A stretch of 62,994 nt of DNA, counting the filler, from Reclinomonas americana ATCC 50394 (lineage: Eukaryota): NCBI GenBank assembly GCA_048213135.1. It is 11 parts of 11 records of this genome, joined end to end, with 100 filler letters (N's around TTAATTAATTAA, not from the genome) between each part and the next. Parts side by side here need not be neighbours in the genome. Positions count along the whole stretch, not along the records: positions 1 to 3,624 come from AFZH01019585.1; positions 3,725 to 10,084 come from AFZH01019586.1; positions 10,185 to 15,043 come from AFZH01019587.1; 8 more parts are not named here. One strand, 5' to 3'. Position 1 is the stretch's first letter; each line of letters begins with the position of its first letter. The notes beneath the pieces are model-generated. The model was not told where the DNA came from. It saw only the letters and a list, made by a program, of their open reading frames with translations, and did no database searches. Of the stretch, positions 1 to 12,274 are shown piece after piece. A program made the translations under genes and the position numbers.

Positions 1-54
1 TCCTCTCTCCTCTCCCCTCCCCCCACCGACTCCCTCTCCCTCTCGCCCACACAG

Positions 55-796
55 GGCTGGTACTCGATGGTGGTGCCCAACGACGACCCCAAGAAGGACA
101 TTTCGCTCATCGCCGGCTCCGGTGCGCTGCATTTTTTCAAAGACCGATTCATGCTGGTCACTCACTCCCTTCCTGGCCATGGTGCAGGCTCCACCGAGTG
201 GGGCTTCCCGGCCTACTCCACCGACGCCAGCTTTGCGGACATTCGACTCGGCGCCGACTTCCACCTCGGCGTGAGATGGGGTGGCTTCTGGGACTACACC
301 AAGATGGAGTATCACCCGCTGGCCACCTCCAGCGACGGCGGCTGCCGCAACTTTACGGTGACGCGCAATTCGTGGCAGCCGCTGACCGACGCGTACGGCA
401 CCGCGAGTATTCCGATGGAGCAAGATGTGTTTGTGGAGACGGAGCACTACCAGGTGGTCATGCGGTTCCAGTCGGCCATTGACGACTACGATCGCTTGCT
501 GTTTGCGCACCAGGACTACATATACAGCGATTTCGAGGGACTCGGCGTTGCTGTGTGTGCCACCATCAAGCAGCGCGATTCGCCGTCGTCGCCCGTGTTC
601 ACCAAGACGGGTGAGTGGGGGGGGGGATACACAGAGAGAGAGTGTGCGTGTGCAGGTGTCTTACAGCATGTCACCGACAGTGTTTGACGGGTGCTCTCAA
701 AACGGTGGCATCGAATTCGGTTTCAAGACCAGCGTGAGTGACGAGCAGCCGAAGCTCACGGCGCCCTCCTCTGCTACAGAGCCTCATGTATTCTAA
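55..796 (+). CDS. Hypothetical beta-rich protein, 5' exons outside window (possibly tocopherol-cyclase/AttH-like fold)
   Basis: Long exon ~55-610 after a pyrimidine-rich acceptor; GTGAGT intron ~611-680; last exon ...GGIEFGFKT...HVF* ends 796. The fold suggestion is weak. Confidence 0.55.
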
Positions 797-862
797 GGAG
801 GCGGGAGAGGGAGAGAGAGAGGTTGCGTATTGCGCAAATTGTATTTTTCAGCATCCCCTTGT

Positions 863-1632
863 TCAGTCCACAAAGCTGTCGGTCTCCTCGTCGTACTTGA
901 GTGCAGTGGGATCGGCCTCCAACTGAGCACACACCAGGAGTGAGCAAGGTGTCGGTGACTTAAGAGAGTTGAGACGCGCGACGCAACACCCATGATTCGA
1001 ATCATTTCGCCAATCGTCGGCGTCTTGTCGCCCATGATGGCCATGTCTCGTGCCTTGTCGCGCAGCGCCAGCAACGCCTCCTGACTGATGCGTGTCCATT
1101 TTCCCTGCAAAACACGCTCAGTGAGTGCCACGCTCACCGAAACGCACGCAGACAACGGAGAGAACAAACCGTCAGCTGCTCCATCTCCTCCGCATCGTGC
1201 TCCTTCTCGTACTTGAGCTTGTTCTGTACGTCCTCCTGCACCTGGTGCGTGCGCTCCCGCAGCGACGCCAGCAAATCTTCCAGCGCACTCGGATCCTCTC
1301 CCATGCCAGTCAACAGCGCCTCCAACTCTGCGTCGGTGTACGCTCTTTGCAGCGGTTTGTGGCGCTTCAGAGGCGACGGCGTGGCGGCAGCAGTGTTGCC
1401 TGAGTGTGTGAGGTGTGAGAAGGAGGACAACTCGCTGGGTGCGTGTGAGCAAGAGAGAACCATGCAACGAGTGCAGTCGCTTGCGACCTGCACTGCCCGG
1501 TGTTCGTCGTGCAACTGGCGTCGTTTCTGTCGGGGTTGAGGGCGAAGGCGCATCGCCTAGTTTCCGCGGAGGCACGAACTTGAGTCGACGTCGACCGGCG
1601 GCGGAGGCGGGCGTGGAGGCTGGTGGGCTCAT
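863..1632 (-). CDS. SFR1: Swi5-dependent recombination protein Sfr1/Mei5 family
   Basis: Spliced product has a disordered N-terminus, a coiled coil and the C-terminus EEMEQLT|GKWTRISQEALLAL...TIGEMIRIMG|LEADPTALKYDEETDSF, which fits the Mei5 domain pattern. 3 introns. Confidence 0.75.
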
Positions 1633-1695
1633 CAATGCGCCCTCGGATGATGGCTGATTGTGTGTGAGTCAGATGAGAGAGAGATGAGGGAAACA

Positions 1696-3624
1696 ATGTC
1701 ACGCACTGTCTCGGCGGCGCATGCGGCGGGAGTGCATTGTGCGGGCGATTGTGTGCTGCTCACAGACACGGAGGCAGTCAGTCACACACGCACATGCGCG
1801 CACACACACACACATTGTTGTCACACCTCTTTGTGCTGTCTTCGCCGTCCTCTGCGACGCGACTCATCACTGGCTCACTTGCGCTGTCCACAACAGCAAC
1901 AACGCCTTCCTGCTCGTGTGGTACGCAAGCAATGCGTGAGATCATTCCGTTGCGTGAGTTTGCGTCTGTGAAGAAGAAGGGCGGGAAGGACGTTCCGCGA
2001 AAGTGACGTCACCGAGCGACGCTTACTTCAGGCGGTGCGAGGGTTTGACGAGGACGTCAACCAGGGCACCGAATACACCATGGTGGACGCCGACCTGGCC
2101 ACAGCCTCCACCAAACGCAAGACTGGCGCGTTCTGTGCCGACGTCGACGCGCCAAGCGGTCCCGGTGCTGCTTCTCCGTCCGTCCGTGGTCTCTTGATAT
2201 GAGATGGATCATGGAGACGAGGAGGCAGAGGAAGCAAAGCACACTCGTCGTCGATATCGGTATGAGGAGGAGGAGGAGGAGGAGGAAGGCGACGATGATG
2301 AAGAGCCTGATGTGAAGAGACAACGCACAGGAGGTCTGAGCTGTGTGGGATGTGTGATGCGTCTCTTGTGCTGACACCTGCAGTGTGTGTGCCTCAGCGT
2401 CGGGCGACTCACTGTCATGTGGATCCGAGAGCAGTCTTTCCTCCTCCTCCTCCTCCTCCTCCTCCACTGCATCTATCTGTACATGTACGATATCCCACAT
2501 ATGCATTCCCTCGTGTGTGTTTGCGTGTTGGTTTACCGATTTCCTCCGATGGTTTCGCAGCCTCGCACACATGCTTCCGAGAACCACCACAGCTGGACCT
2601 CGTCGACGCGGTTCCACTGGAGATCATTCGCCGTTATGTAAATCAGTGTCCATGTCAACAAATTTCGGCGTACTCATAAAGACATGCGCGCAGAGTACGA
2701 TGCGCGCTTTCTCGAGCTCAGTGACGATGGCAACGACAACTTGCGGCAGGCTGGGATCGTGTTCGACAATGGTGCCTTTCCAGATGCGGGACAGTGGAAG
2801 ATTGACGACTGTGCTGAGCTTGCCGACATCCGTGAGGCCTTCCAGTACAGGCAAGTGTCTTTGTGGAGTCTGCTCTATGTTTTCGGCATCATGTGCACGC
2901 TGAGTTTGCATTGGTGTGTAGTGTCGAGGAGACCGAGGACGATGTCTACGCTCGCAGATGGTTGATTGAACTTCCTCATTCTTAATGACAATTCACTATA
3001 TTTTCTCAACGCCTGCTCGCCGCAGTGGGGCTGTCGCGCGATTGTTTGCGCGGCCGCTTGTTCCAGCTAACGCCGAGGCACAAGGACACCCTGCCTCGTG
3101 GCCAAGGCAGATGGAGCTCGAGCGAGTTCTCCCCCTCGACAAGTTTCGCAAGTGGTGTCCGTTTGGATTGTTTCAACATGCCGTGCCAGGGGCGTTTGAG
3201 ACAGTAGCCGAATTACCGCTGCAAGTGATGACGATGGCTCCGATTCTCCACTTGTGTGCGGTGAGTGTGTCTGCAGAGCCGACAGTCTTTTTGGTCGTGC
3301 TGTCCCACGCTGTGTGATCAGAAAGCGCAAGCCGTGAGTTATCATGGAAACGAGTCGATACCATGGGTCGCCGGCTGTGGTGCTCTGAAGCCGGACTTGG
3401 ACATTCGAAGTAGGCGGTTGCCTTCATTCGTGTACTCTGTCCTCGTCGGCAAGATCAAGAAGGAGAAGGTCTCAGTCGCGGTGCAGCCCTCGACCATGTT
3501 ATCGGTCCTCATAGAGATGACGCAAGCATTGCGTGGGCGACTTCAACACGTGACTGACGACGCGATGGTCGAACAGCACCGTGTCTACGGCTGGTGTCAG
3601 TTCGGTCCTGTGGTGTATCTACAC
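1696..3624 (+). CDS. Spliced protein with a restriction-endonuclease-like (PD-(D/E)xK) region; probably the N-terminal half of the kinase across the gap
   Basis: Introns 2633-2681, ~2851(GC)-2920, ~2960-3025 and 3261-3321 give a continuous frame ending LKPDLDIRS...VLVGKIKKE...VYGWCQFGPVVYLH. Start codon uncertain. Confidence 0.5.
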
Positions 3625-3724
3625 NNNNNNNNNNNNNNNNNNNNNNNNNNNNNNNNNNNNNNNNNNNNTTAATTAATTAANNNNNNNNNNNNNNNNNNNN
3701 NNNNNNNNNNNNNNNNNNNNNNNN
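3625..3724. other. Artificial contig-join spacer; identical spacers at 10085, 15044, 18287, 30479, 35931, 37181, 43274, 51876 and 61772 (100 bp each)
   Basis: N44-TTAATTAATTAA-N44 places stop codons in all six frames. Confidence 0.98.
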
Positions 3725-5256
3725 TGCAAATGCGAGCCAAGGAGGTTGAATATGAGCGCGTAGCAGGTGGCGCCAAGGAAAAAGTTCGGTGTGCAGTGAT
3801 CGCTGCGCTCTTGGCGATGTCTCTTTTTTCATTTCACCTTGTCTCCTGTTACTGCGTGTTACAGATTCTCTTATTCCTTTACGGCGTCATCGACGGCGTT
3901 ATCTTGACACCGTATCTTCCGTGGCCAGTGGTTCGAGTTGTTCTATTGGCGTTGCATGAGACGATGCGCACGGTGTCAGTCAGGCAAGTCGAGCGCCGTG
4001 CCCCGGCTCTGAAGAACTTGCTTGAAAGTCTTTCCAACCCACGCAAGGTATGGCTATCTGGTGACTTTGTACGCTGTTGTACGCGAGTCGCAATATTCAC
4101 GTGCTCGTCGGTGAATCAGTCGCGATCGGGTCAGGGCTCAGGCGGGGGACAAGGTGGCGCTGGCGCAAGGGGAAAACGTGGTACAACAGTCGCTCAGCCA
4201 GCCACAGCAGCCGCTGGAGGTGCGGCCGACGGCGCCACAACCATGGTCAAGACGGTGCAGCAGAACTTTTCGACAGCGCGATTCGTGCACAACAAGCCGA
4301 TTGAGCTTGCGGTGTTGGAGGTGATGACGATGATGTTGATGCGATGTGCTGTGCCTGTATGTTGTTGTCGTTGTCACTATGAAGGCTGACAGTGTGCACG
4401 CGGATGGTGTGGTGGCGTTGCAGCTGCACTTGCCCAATGTTGTACCGGTGCTCTCGTCGTCGGTGGATCGCCGGCATGGAGCGTACACAATTGAAATGCC
4501 GCGTTTGCAGCGATGCTGTCCAGCGACTGTCGTCGAAGTTGTGTCGTGTGCTGCCAGTGTGTGCGAAGCACTTGCGGCGCTGCACGGAGCTGGATTCGTG
4601 CACTGCGATGTGAAGCCGTCGAACGTGATGATGGACAGCAGTGGGCGGGCTGTGCTGATTGACTTTGATCACGCCCGCTGTCTGCGTGGCCACCATCGAC
4701 TGACGTCAATGCCGGAAGCGCACACTGGAACTGTCGGGTATCAGGTTCGTGTGGCTGAGATCGGTTGAGAGCAGAATAGACAGCGGACTCACTGCAAGAT
4801 CAGGCGCCGGAGATTGTGCAACACGACGAGGGAGATGCGCGCGTAGATACGTGGAGCCTGGGCGTGACGATTGCCGCGTGGCTTGCTCGCATTTCGGAGC
4901 ATGTTCGTAACAAGAAATCGACATTGATGACGAAGTGGCGACATGGCTTCCGCGAGGCTGCAGTGGAGGCAATGAGCTGGGATCAGAAAGTGGGCACGTT
5001 GGTCAAGTGCGTTGCTGACTGTTTCGGTCCGCGTGTGGGCGGCCTTGTGGAGTCGCTGGTGGTTGTGGACTACGAGCGACGTCCGAGTTGTGCACAGCTT
5101 CTTTGCGATGGGGTGTTCTCCAATGCGGAGATGTCGAAACTTGAGTCGCATACGCATGCGGCTGCCATCCCGTCGATATTCGGGATATCACCGTCGGTCT
5201 CTCGGACAGGATTGAGTGTTGCCGGTGTCGCAGCGGCCGCTGTGCTCATGCCGTGA
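3725..5256 (+). CDS. Protein kinase (divergent Ser/Thr kinase, Crinkler/FunK1-like)
   Basis: Motifs TMVKT, PIELAVL, HCDVKPSNV, LIDFD, TGTVGYQ|APE and DTWSLG; introns ~4321-4384 and ~4746-4804. Confidence 0.85.
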
Positions 5257-5449
5257 GTTTGTCGGCGCGCTGGATGGTGCCACGAATGAATGCCTCTTCT
5301 TGCGAACTACTGTGCTGCATTCGATTGCAGCTTGTGTGGCGGCGAAACTGTGCAAGGAGTGCTGGCTACGTCGGAGAAGAAACAAACTGGAGGAGAGAGA
5401 AACGCCCTCATGGCGTCCAATCCCAACTGACAGGCACCCCACCATTCTG

Positions 5450-5536
5450 CTCGACGGCGTCAGTGTCTCCAAGGGCTGCTACGTGGGCCAGGAGCTGAGG
5501 GCACGCACGCATCAAGTGGGCGTTGTGCGCAAGAGA
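5450..5536 (+). pseudogene. Isolated fragment of IBA57/YgfZ (CAF17)
   Basis: LDGVSVSKGCYVGQELRARTHQVGVVRKR contains the YgfZ KGCYxGQE signature, but there is no recognisable N-terminal part in the ~190 bp after the kinase stop. Confidence 0.6.
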
Positions 5537-6169
5537 GTTGCGTGGCGCCACGGGTGCTGCACTTGTGTCGTGCCACCGCCACCACCAACAACAAGTGTGC
5601 ATGCGCACCATTCCCACTTACTCCTTCTTTGTTCCATGTGTCGGCGGAGTTGGCGCTCCCGAGAGACAAAGGGCAGGAGGCTGCTCGCCGACTTCGCAGA
5701 TGCCCTGATGCCACGAGCACAGCAACTCCGACAACCGGCGCCACTGAGCAGACACAACAACAAATCATGTCTGCCGTCCGAAAGCCCTGGTTTCGGCTCC
5801 CGGGATGCCGAGAGTCCACCACGCAACTCACAGTCCACAACCCCCCAACAAGTGAGGGACGAAGCAAAACAATCAGACAGTCTGTGAATGATCAATATAT
5901 AACGAGCGCGACGCGCAACGCATCTCACTTTTCGTTCTCTCACTCTCACTTTTCTCTCTCTTTCTCTCTCTCACAATACACGCCTACGCGCACCTCACTC
6001 AACATCCCCATTCATTTTTCACGCACAAAAGCAAAGCACGACACAATACTCATGCGCGCACACATTTGGAACACACACACACATACACGCTGACGAGAGA
6101 AAGAGAGCAAGAGAGAAGCGCACACACATTCTCTCTCTCTCTCCCTCTCTCCCTCAAACACACACATGC

Positions 6170-7808
6170 TCAGCAGCCACCCCAGCCATTCCAGGTGCTG
6201 AGTTCGCCCGTGCAGTTGCCCCACACGTAGTCGCTCTGCACGGTGGTCGGTCCAGTGCGCTCACCAGCAATGGACACCGCCGGCCCAGCCACAGTCGTCG
6301 TCGTCGTCGGCGTGCTCTCCATGATGTGCAACACAGTTTGATTTTCTCGCAATGGGACAGGCGGCATGACAGAACGTCGACCTTCCTCATGGTGCACTCG
6401 CGTTGATCCGCGTGTACAGCATTGCAGCAGAAGCCATAATACACCGACTGTTTTGATTCGAATTATGACGGTCGACTTTGCTGCTTCCCTTCACTCGCGG
6501 ACCCCACTCACACATCCACAAACGACGCTGTCCCTGCCTCTAGCCGCACGGGGACCTCCACACTGTCGGCCACCAGCAGCGCCTCGGCGTCAAAGTCGTG
6601 CTCGCACCGCCGCTTCAGTACATCAAACGTCTCGCCCACCACCTCGGCCAGGTTGCCGCGCAGCTCGCGCACGGCGGGCGTGTCTTCGTCGACTTTTGAG
6701 GCACTCCTGCACAGGTACACACGAATGAGTGCCGAACTCCTCCTCAACCTCCAACCACACACACCGAAAACACACCTCCAGCAGTAGCCTAATGTGTGCG
6801 CCATGGCGCACTTGATACGCGAGTCCAGTTCCATTTGCGCGTCGCGCTGCGTGGACGCGTACTCCACCATCGCGTTCTCCCACAGCCGGTGCGGCGCGGC
6901 CAGTGTGGCGTCGGGCGGGTACAGCACCTCCGGGCAGCCGACTGAGCACATGCGCCCGACCAGCGCACACAGTCGGTACTGCGAGCGCACATCGAGGACG
7001 CCACTCGCCAGGTGATGTTGCAACTCGACGAGCATCGACTCCACCACGTACGCACGCGTCACAGAATTCAACGCCGTCACGTACAACACCATGGAGAGGG
7101 CGTGCTGCTGCTGCTGGCTGTCGTACACGCCCGATCCGTCCGGGGAACCGAGATCCACTCCTCCAGCTGCAGCTGCCGCTGTCAGTGCCGCAGCTGCTGC
7201 CGCGGCCTTCTTCGTGTGCCGATGCGAGACGGTCTTACCGGCGAGACGCGATGGTCGAGCGTCGGCCAGGTCCGAGGCCATCGGGTACAGCACCAGGCTG
7301 GGCGAGAACACCGCGTCCGATGTCAGCGGCGACGTTGGTTCGCCCACACGCGCCGCTCGTGCATTGTGAATGGCCAGCAGCAACGCGTCCACCTCTGCTC
7401 ACCACTCGACAGCGTGAGAGAGATGGAGAAGGAGGAGAAGAGAGAGCGAGGCACGCACCGTGTCGACTGCGACTGGTGTCGTTCACCAGGAAGAGCCAGA
7501 TTAATCGCGGCAAGATGCCAGCAATGAGAATGCGCGCTTCCACAATGTCGCGTGCATGCAGGTCGTACAACCACTTGCAAATCACATGCTGCAACGTGGT
7601 GGAGAGGTGAGAAACGAAGTGAGAGGAGGGAGAGAGAGAGAGAGAGAGGTGTGCGTGCACGCAACTCGCGTGTCTTCAGTGTCACGCAATGCACGATTGA
7701 GTGCCTCCCACACACTGGTCAGGTGGCGACACAGCGACGGCGCACCAATGAGCTGTCGCACTCGCTCGTCGGGGATCGTCTGTGGGCACGTTTCTGCTGC
7801 TCTGTAGA

Positions 7809-7906
<98 letters not shown>

Positions 7907-8055
7907 ACCTCCCACGAAGACAAGGTTCGCGAGACGACTGCCACATCACTGGTGGCCAGTGCATCGCACAGTGCCGTCCACTCAGTGGCAGCCGCCACAC
8001 CTGCTGCGCTGCTGCTGCCACCAAAGCCAACAGTGTGCACGGTAGCAGATGCCAT
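6170..8055 (-). CDS. FAM126: Hyccin/FAM126 family (PI4KA complex subunit)
   Basis: VICKWLYDL...ILPRLIWLFL...GGVDALLLAIHN and LKRRCEHDFDAEALLVADSV parallel the conserved hyccin blocks. The 3' exon/stop is uncertain. Confidence 0.72.
7811..7904. repeat. (CA)n microsatellite, ~47 units, inside the first FAM126 intron
   Basis: Directly visible. Confidence 0.97.
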
Positions 8056-8146
8056 TCGTTGTGTGTGCGGGACACAGGCGGGCGAGTTGTCTTCTGCGCT
8101 CCACCCAACGTCATCTCACTGCTGGTTTCATACACAGTACTATTCA

Positions 8147-9320
8147 TTAGTGTGGCAGCAGTAGGCGCCACAGTTGCACGCTCAGCATTGCATCCCAGCC
8201 GGGCGTCAAGATCGCTTGGAATGCAGACGTCGAGCTTTTCGGATCCTCGGCGTTCAGCTGGTCCCAGGCCAGCAGCCGGCGATGCACATCCACCAGTCGT
8301 CGTAGTCGTCGGCACTGTGCGTTTTTTTGACATTAGTGAGAAGAGCGGAGGCGCGGGCGAGATCGAGTTGCGCGCGCGTTCAAACCAGCTGCTGCTTCGC
8401 TCTGCTCGCCGTCCACAGGTCGTCCAGCACAGCGTGCACCGCCAGCAGACTCGTCGTCACGGCACACTGTCGACTGCGATGCACTGTGGCACGTGCCACG
8501 AATACAACGCGATGAGAGGGCGAAGTTGTCTCGTGCAAAGGCATTTGACTCACCGACGAGCCAACGACACACAAAGTCGAGCCAGCGCTCCTTTCCCGTC
8601 GCATCCTCCCTGTCGCTCTTCTGCTTGCGCTTGCTTCGCGATTGCGGTACCCACGTACGCACCGACGGGAAGTCTGCCGACGGCCCTAATCGCCGATGCT
8701 GCGCCACATGTAACCGTGTCAACGACTTGCAGGCAGGCGAAATCGCAACGAGGCCTGCTCACCGCTCGCAGCATCATACGTCGCACCATGGCCGCCGCCC
8801 ACGCAGGCACCTGCACTATTGTTGCAGCTGCTGCAGCAGCCTCCTTGGTCGGTTCCGACTGCCGCTCCGCACGAATGGCACTCATCTGCTGCATGAGCGC
8901 GGCCAGTGGACTCTCAGGAGGCGCCGACGACAGTGGCGATGCTACTGGTGGTGGCGGTGGTGGTGGCGACACTGGCTGCGTGACAGCGGCCGTCACTGGC
9001 GCCCTGGACGCGACAACTCTTCGCAGCTCACGATTCACGCGCAGCAGCATCGGATACACCACCACGTCTTCCCCATCGCCATCATCTCCCTCGCCGATCG
9101 CCATTGGTACCTGCACGCAGCCGACACGCTGTTGACGGACAACCGCTCGCCACTTGTGCCACGCATGCGGCTGCTGCTCCCACTCGCGCAGTCGACGCAC
9201 GTGCATGATCAGGCGACGCAGCAGAGGCAGCAACAGGGTGCGCACGCCCGCAGCACGTCGCCGCAGCAGCCGTATAGCACGAGTGGTGAGACAGTGCACC
9301 AGCCGCTCGCGTTCTTCCAT
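8147..9320 (-). CDS. Hypothetical protein
   Basis: Long first exon MEERERLV...LCVSLAR followed by a GTGAGT donor; later exons tentative; no family recognised. Confidence 0.45.
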
Positions 9321-9379
9321 GCACCAATGATCACGAAGAGCGGTCCTGTGTGTCCGCACCAGTGACACACACGAGCGCA

Positions 9380-10036
9380 ATGAGCGAACCTCGTGCGCTG
9401 TCGCTGGTGCAGAGCATCAAGCAGGCGTACCCGGCACACTATGAGCGATTCAATGCCGAGGTCAGGGCTGCGTCGACGCAGCACATGCACGCTCTGTGTT
9501 CTCATCTCCCACCCCACAGGTGTACTTCTCCTCCATGATGCTCGCCGACTGGTGGCTGGTGTGGCGACGCCATCGTCGACGCCGTGTGCAAGTGACGGCC
9601 TCCGACGATCAAGAGAGTGAGTGAGCGGTGCGCATCCCTTGATTCATCTCGTTGCTCATCGCCCTTGCGCAGCGATGGTTGTCGAGGCGCACTATGTATC
9701 ACGACCCAAGTTCCTCGGCGATGCACTGCGCGGTCTGTACGCCCTGCTGCGGTACCAGCTCCTGGGCACCAACCTCACACGCGTCATTCCGTTCCGCGAG
9801 GACGGCGACGACGCGTTCGACAACCAGCAAACAGCACCAGTCTCGAGCGATATTCATTGATTGCCTGTTGCCCTCATTCACCCCCTGCCCATCGCTCATG
9901 GGGAGTAGACAACACCACTGCCAAACGGCGTTCCGCCTCGGCTTGGCTCGGCGCCACGCAATCGAGCATCGCAGCGGAAACAGGCCACACGATCGTACCC
10001 TCGCTCATCGGCACTATGTGCACGCAAAGTGTATGA
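9380..10036 (+). CDS. Hypothetical protein
   Basis: MSEPRALSLV... with three plausible GT-AG introns and open spliced exons; no family recognised. Confidence 0.45.
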
Positions 10037-10184
10037 GCAACATCGTCGTTTCTTTCCGTGTATTCTCCTCCACGCAACTGGGTCNNNNNNNNNNNNNNNN
10101 NNNNNNNNNNNNNNNNNNNNNNNNNNNNTTAATTAATTAANNNNNNNNNNNNNNNNNNNNNNNNNNNNNNNNNNNNNNNNNNNN

Positions 10185-10713
10185 CTACCCGACGCGGCTG
10201 TGTCGAGCAACTCCACATCGTCCACCGGAGCACTTCGCTTGCCACCAAACATCGTCGATCGACTGTCCAGCGCAAAGTCGACGACGTCGATCACCCGTTG
10301 TCCCCCGTCGCGTTTTTTCCTTTGTGCTCGTCGGTGAGAGCAAAGACAGCACTGCTATGTTCGAGGGCTGGTCGCAGTCGGAGATTGAGCGCTATCACGC
10401 GCTGCAGGGTGGTGAGCACGTGGTGGCGAATCGATCGCGAGACAAGCGACTGATCGCCTGGGCCGAGGAGAACTGCTGCTACGTGTACGTGGGCCGCCCG
10501 AGTGCACTGGGCAATCCGCACAAGATGGGCCGCGATGGCAAGGACGAGTCGATGCGCGACGAGGTGTGCGACAAGTTCGAGGCCGATCTCGCGACGGACG
10601 ATGAGCTCCGCGCGACGGCACTGGAGGCGCTGGCAGGCGGTCCGAAAGTGCTCGGCTGCTTCTGCTACCCGCGCCGCTGCCACGCGCAGTCGCTGGCCAA
10701 CTTGCATCCCTGA
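10185..10713 (+). CDS. DUF4326 domain protein (5' end uncertain)
   Basis: YVYVGRPSALGNPHKMG...RDEVCDKFE...KVLGCFCYPRRCHAQSL matches the DUF4326 YIGRPS.WGNPF / LGCWC.P..CH pattern. Confidence 0.8.
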
Positions 10714-10742
10714 GTAAAAACGCGTCTATTTGCAGTCACCGT

Positions 10743-11540
10743 TTACTCGCCACCTCCTCCACCACTGCCACTGCCTGCTGCCAGTGGTTCGACGCTGGGC
10801 GATCCACTTGACAACGACGACAATGCCGACCGAGTGTCAGGCCAGTAATTCTCACCATACGACACCAGCACCTCGTCGCCGCTGCGGATCGCTCGCGTGG
10901 CGACCACCATGGCTCTCCGCAGACCGGCCACCGTGCACCGCGAGAAGCGACAGTTGGCGTGATCGGCGATGCCACGATAGTCGTTGATGAAGCGCATCTC
11001 GTTGCCACACTCCATGGCGTCCAACCCAATCGCCTGCTCCACGGGAATGTCGTCCTCGACCACCAGCACGTACGGACCCGTCACCTCCGGCGGCACCACC
11101 TGTCCACCGTGTGAGAATCGGGGAGGAGGCATCGACGCATGACTACAACTAGCACACCATGCCCAGGTACTCGCCCAGGATCTGCAGCAGGCACACATCG
11201 TGAGCAACGACGACTGGCATGCACGATCATCATCATCATCGCGTTAACAGACCTCTCCTGCTTCCCAGTCACGCGTGGCAAACAAGCCGAGCTCGCCACA
11301 GCACGGGTGACCCACATCCATCACCTACGCGCACACAACACTCAGCCAGGTGGAGAAGAAGAGAGAAAGAGAGAGAGAGCGCGCACGCGCAACTGTGTGG
11401 ACCTCGACTCCCCGCTTGTGCACATGCTCCGCAGTGACCTGCACATGCCGTCGTCGCGTCTCCTCGTCCTGGTGCACCAGGTCACTGAGGAAACGCACGC
11501 CAGAGGGCCACAGACCACTGGGAACGTCGCCTTCTGCCAT
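10743..11540 (-). CDS. Small SET-domain methyltransferase
   Basis: GELGLFATRD, ILGEYLG, GNEMRFIND, ATRAIRSGDEVLVSYGENYW. Confidence 0.9.
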
Positions 11541-11652
11541 GAATGATATCAGTGACGAAGGAGTCCTATCCGTCGATCGCGATCGATCCTTGAGCATTCA
11601 CACAGAGAGCGGGAGCGGAGATGTTGCGTTCACGCGCGCGCGTGTGTGTACA

Positions 11653-12147
11653 ATGGGCGAGTGTGTGTGTGTGTGTAAACGTGTGTGTGCGAGTGTGTGT
11701 GCTGATGAGCGCGCCATGGCACTCTTTCTTTCTCTCCTTGCAGGTGCAATCCTCTGGCTTGCGTGTATATCTGGACGACGGTGCTGTGCATCTTCTGCCC
11801 ACCTGCTGCAGTGTGCATGACAGTTGCGCGAGATGCAAGCAGTGAGAGAGAAGGAGGAATGAGTGAGTGATTGACTGTGCGTGCACTTGTGCAGTTTGAG
11901 CCGGATGTGCCAAAACCCGAGTCGCGCATGGGCGTGTTTTGCTTCAACTTGCTGCTGACGTTGTTGGTGAGTGACTGCCTTTCGTCTCTCTCTCTTTCTC
12001 GTCTGCATGTTATTCGACATCGGATAATTGAAACCCTTCCTTCCGTCCTTCAAACAACAGTTCTGGATACCTGGCGTCATTCACGCCTTTTACCGATTCA
12101 TAAGAGTGTGCAAGATGGCCCGATCGGTAGACGTCGAGCACTTGTAG
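11653..12147 (+). CDS. PMP3: Pmp3/UPF0057 (YqaE) proteolipid membrane protein
   Basis: Four exons splice to MGECNPL...VLCIFCPPAAV...FCFNLLLTLL|FWIPGVIHAFY...; this gene is not represented as one ORF in the track. Confidence 0.85.
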
Positions 12148-12274
12148 TCTTGCTTGTGCACGATTATGCGCGCGTGGATCCGCGCTCTCTCAAGTCTTGT
12201 TTTTCTTCCGATCATCATCATCATAGTCACGGTAAAAAGAAAGAGAACACACTCACTACACACTCGTACGCTGC

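Noticed and set aside
2633..2681. Apparent frameshift suggesting a pseudogene
   Set aside because: Resolved by a 49-nt GTTATG...AAAG intron with a CTCAT branch-like site (IIR-H-MRAEY).
7552..9135. 527-aa plus-strand ORF with HTHT repeats
   Set aside because: Antisense to minus-strand genes and reads through a (CA)n microsatellite.
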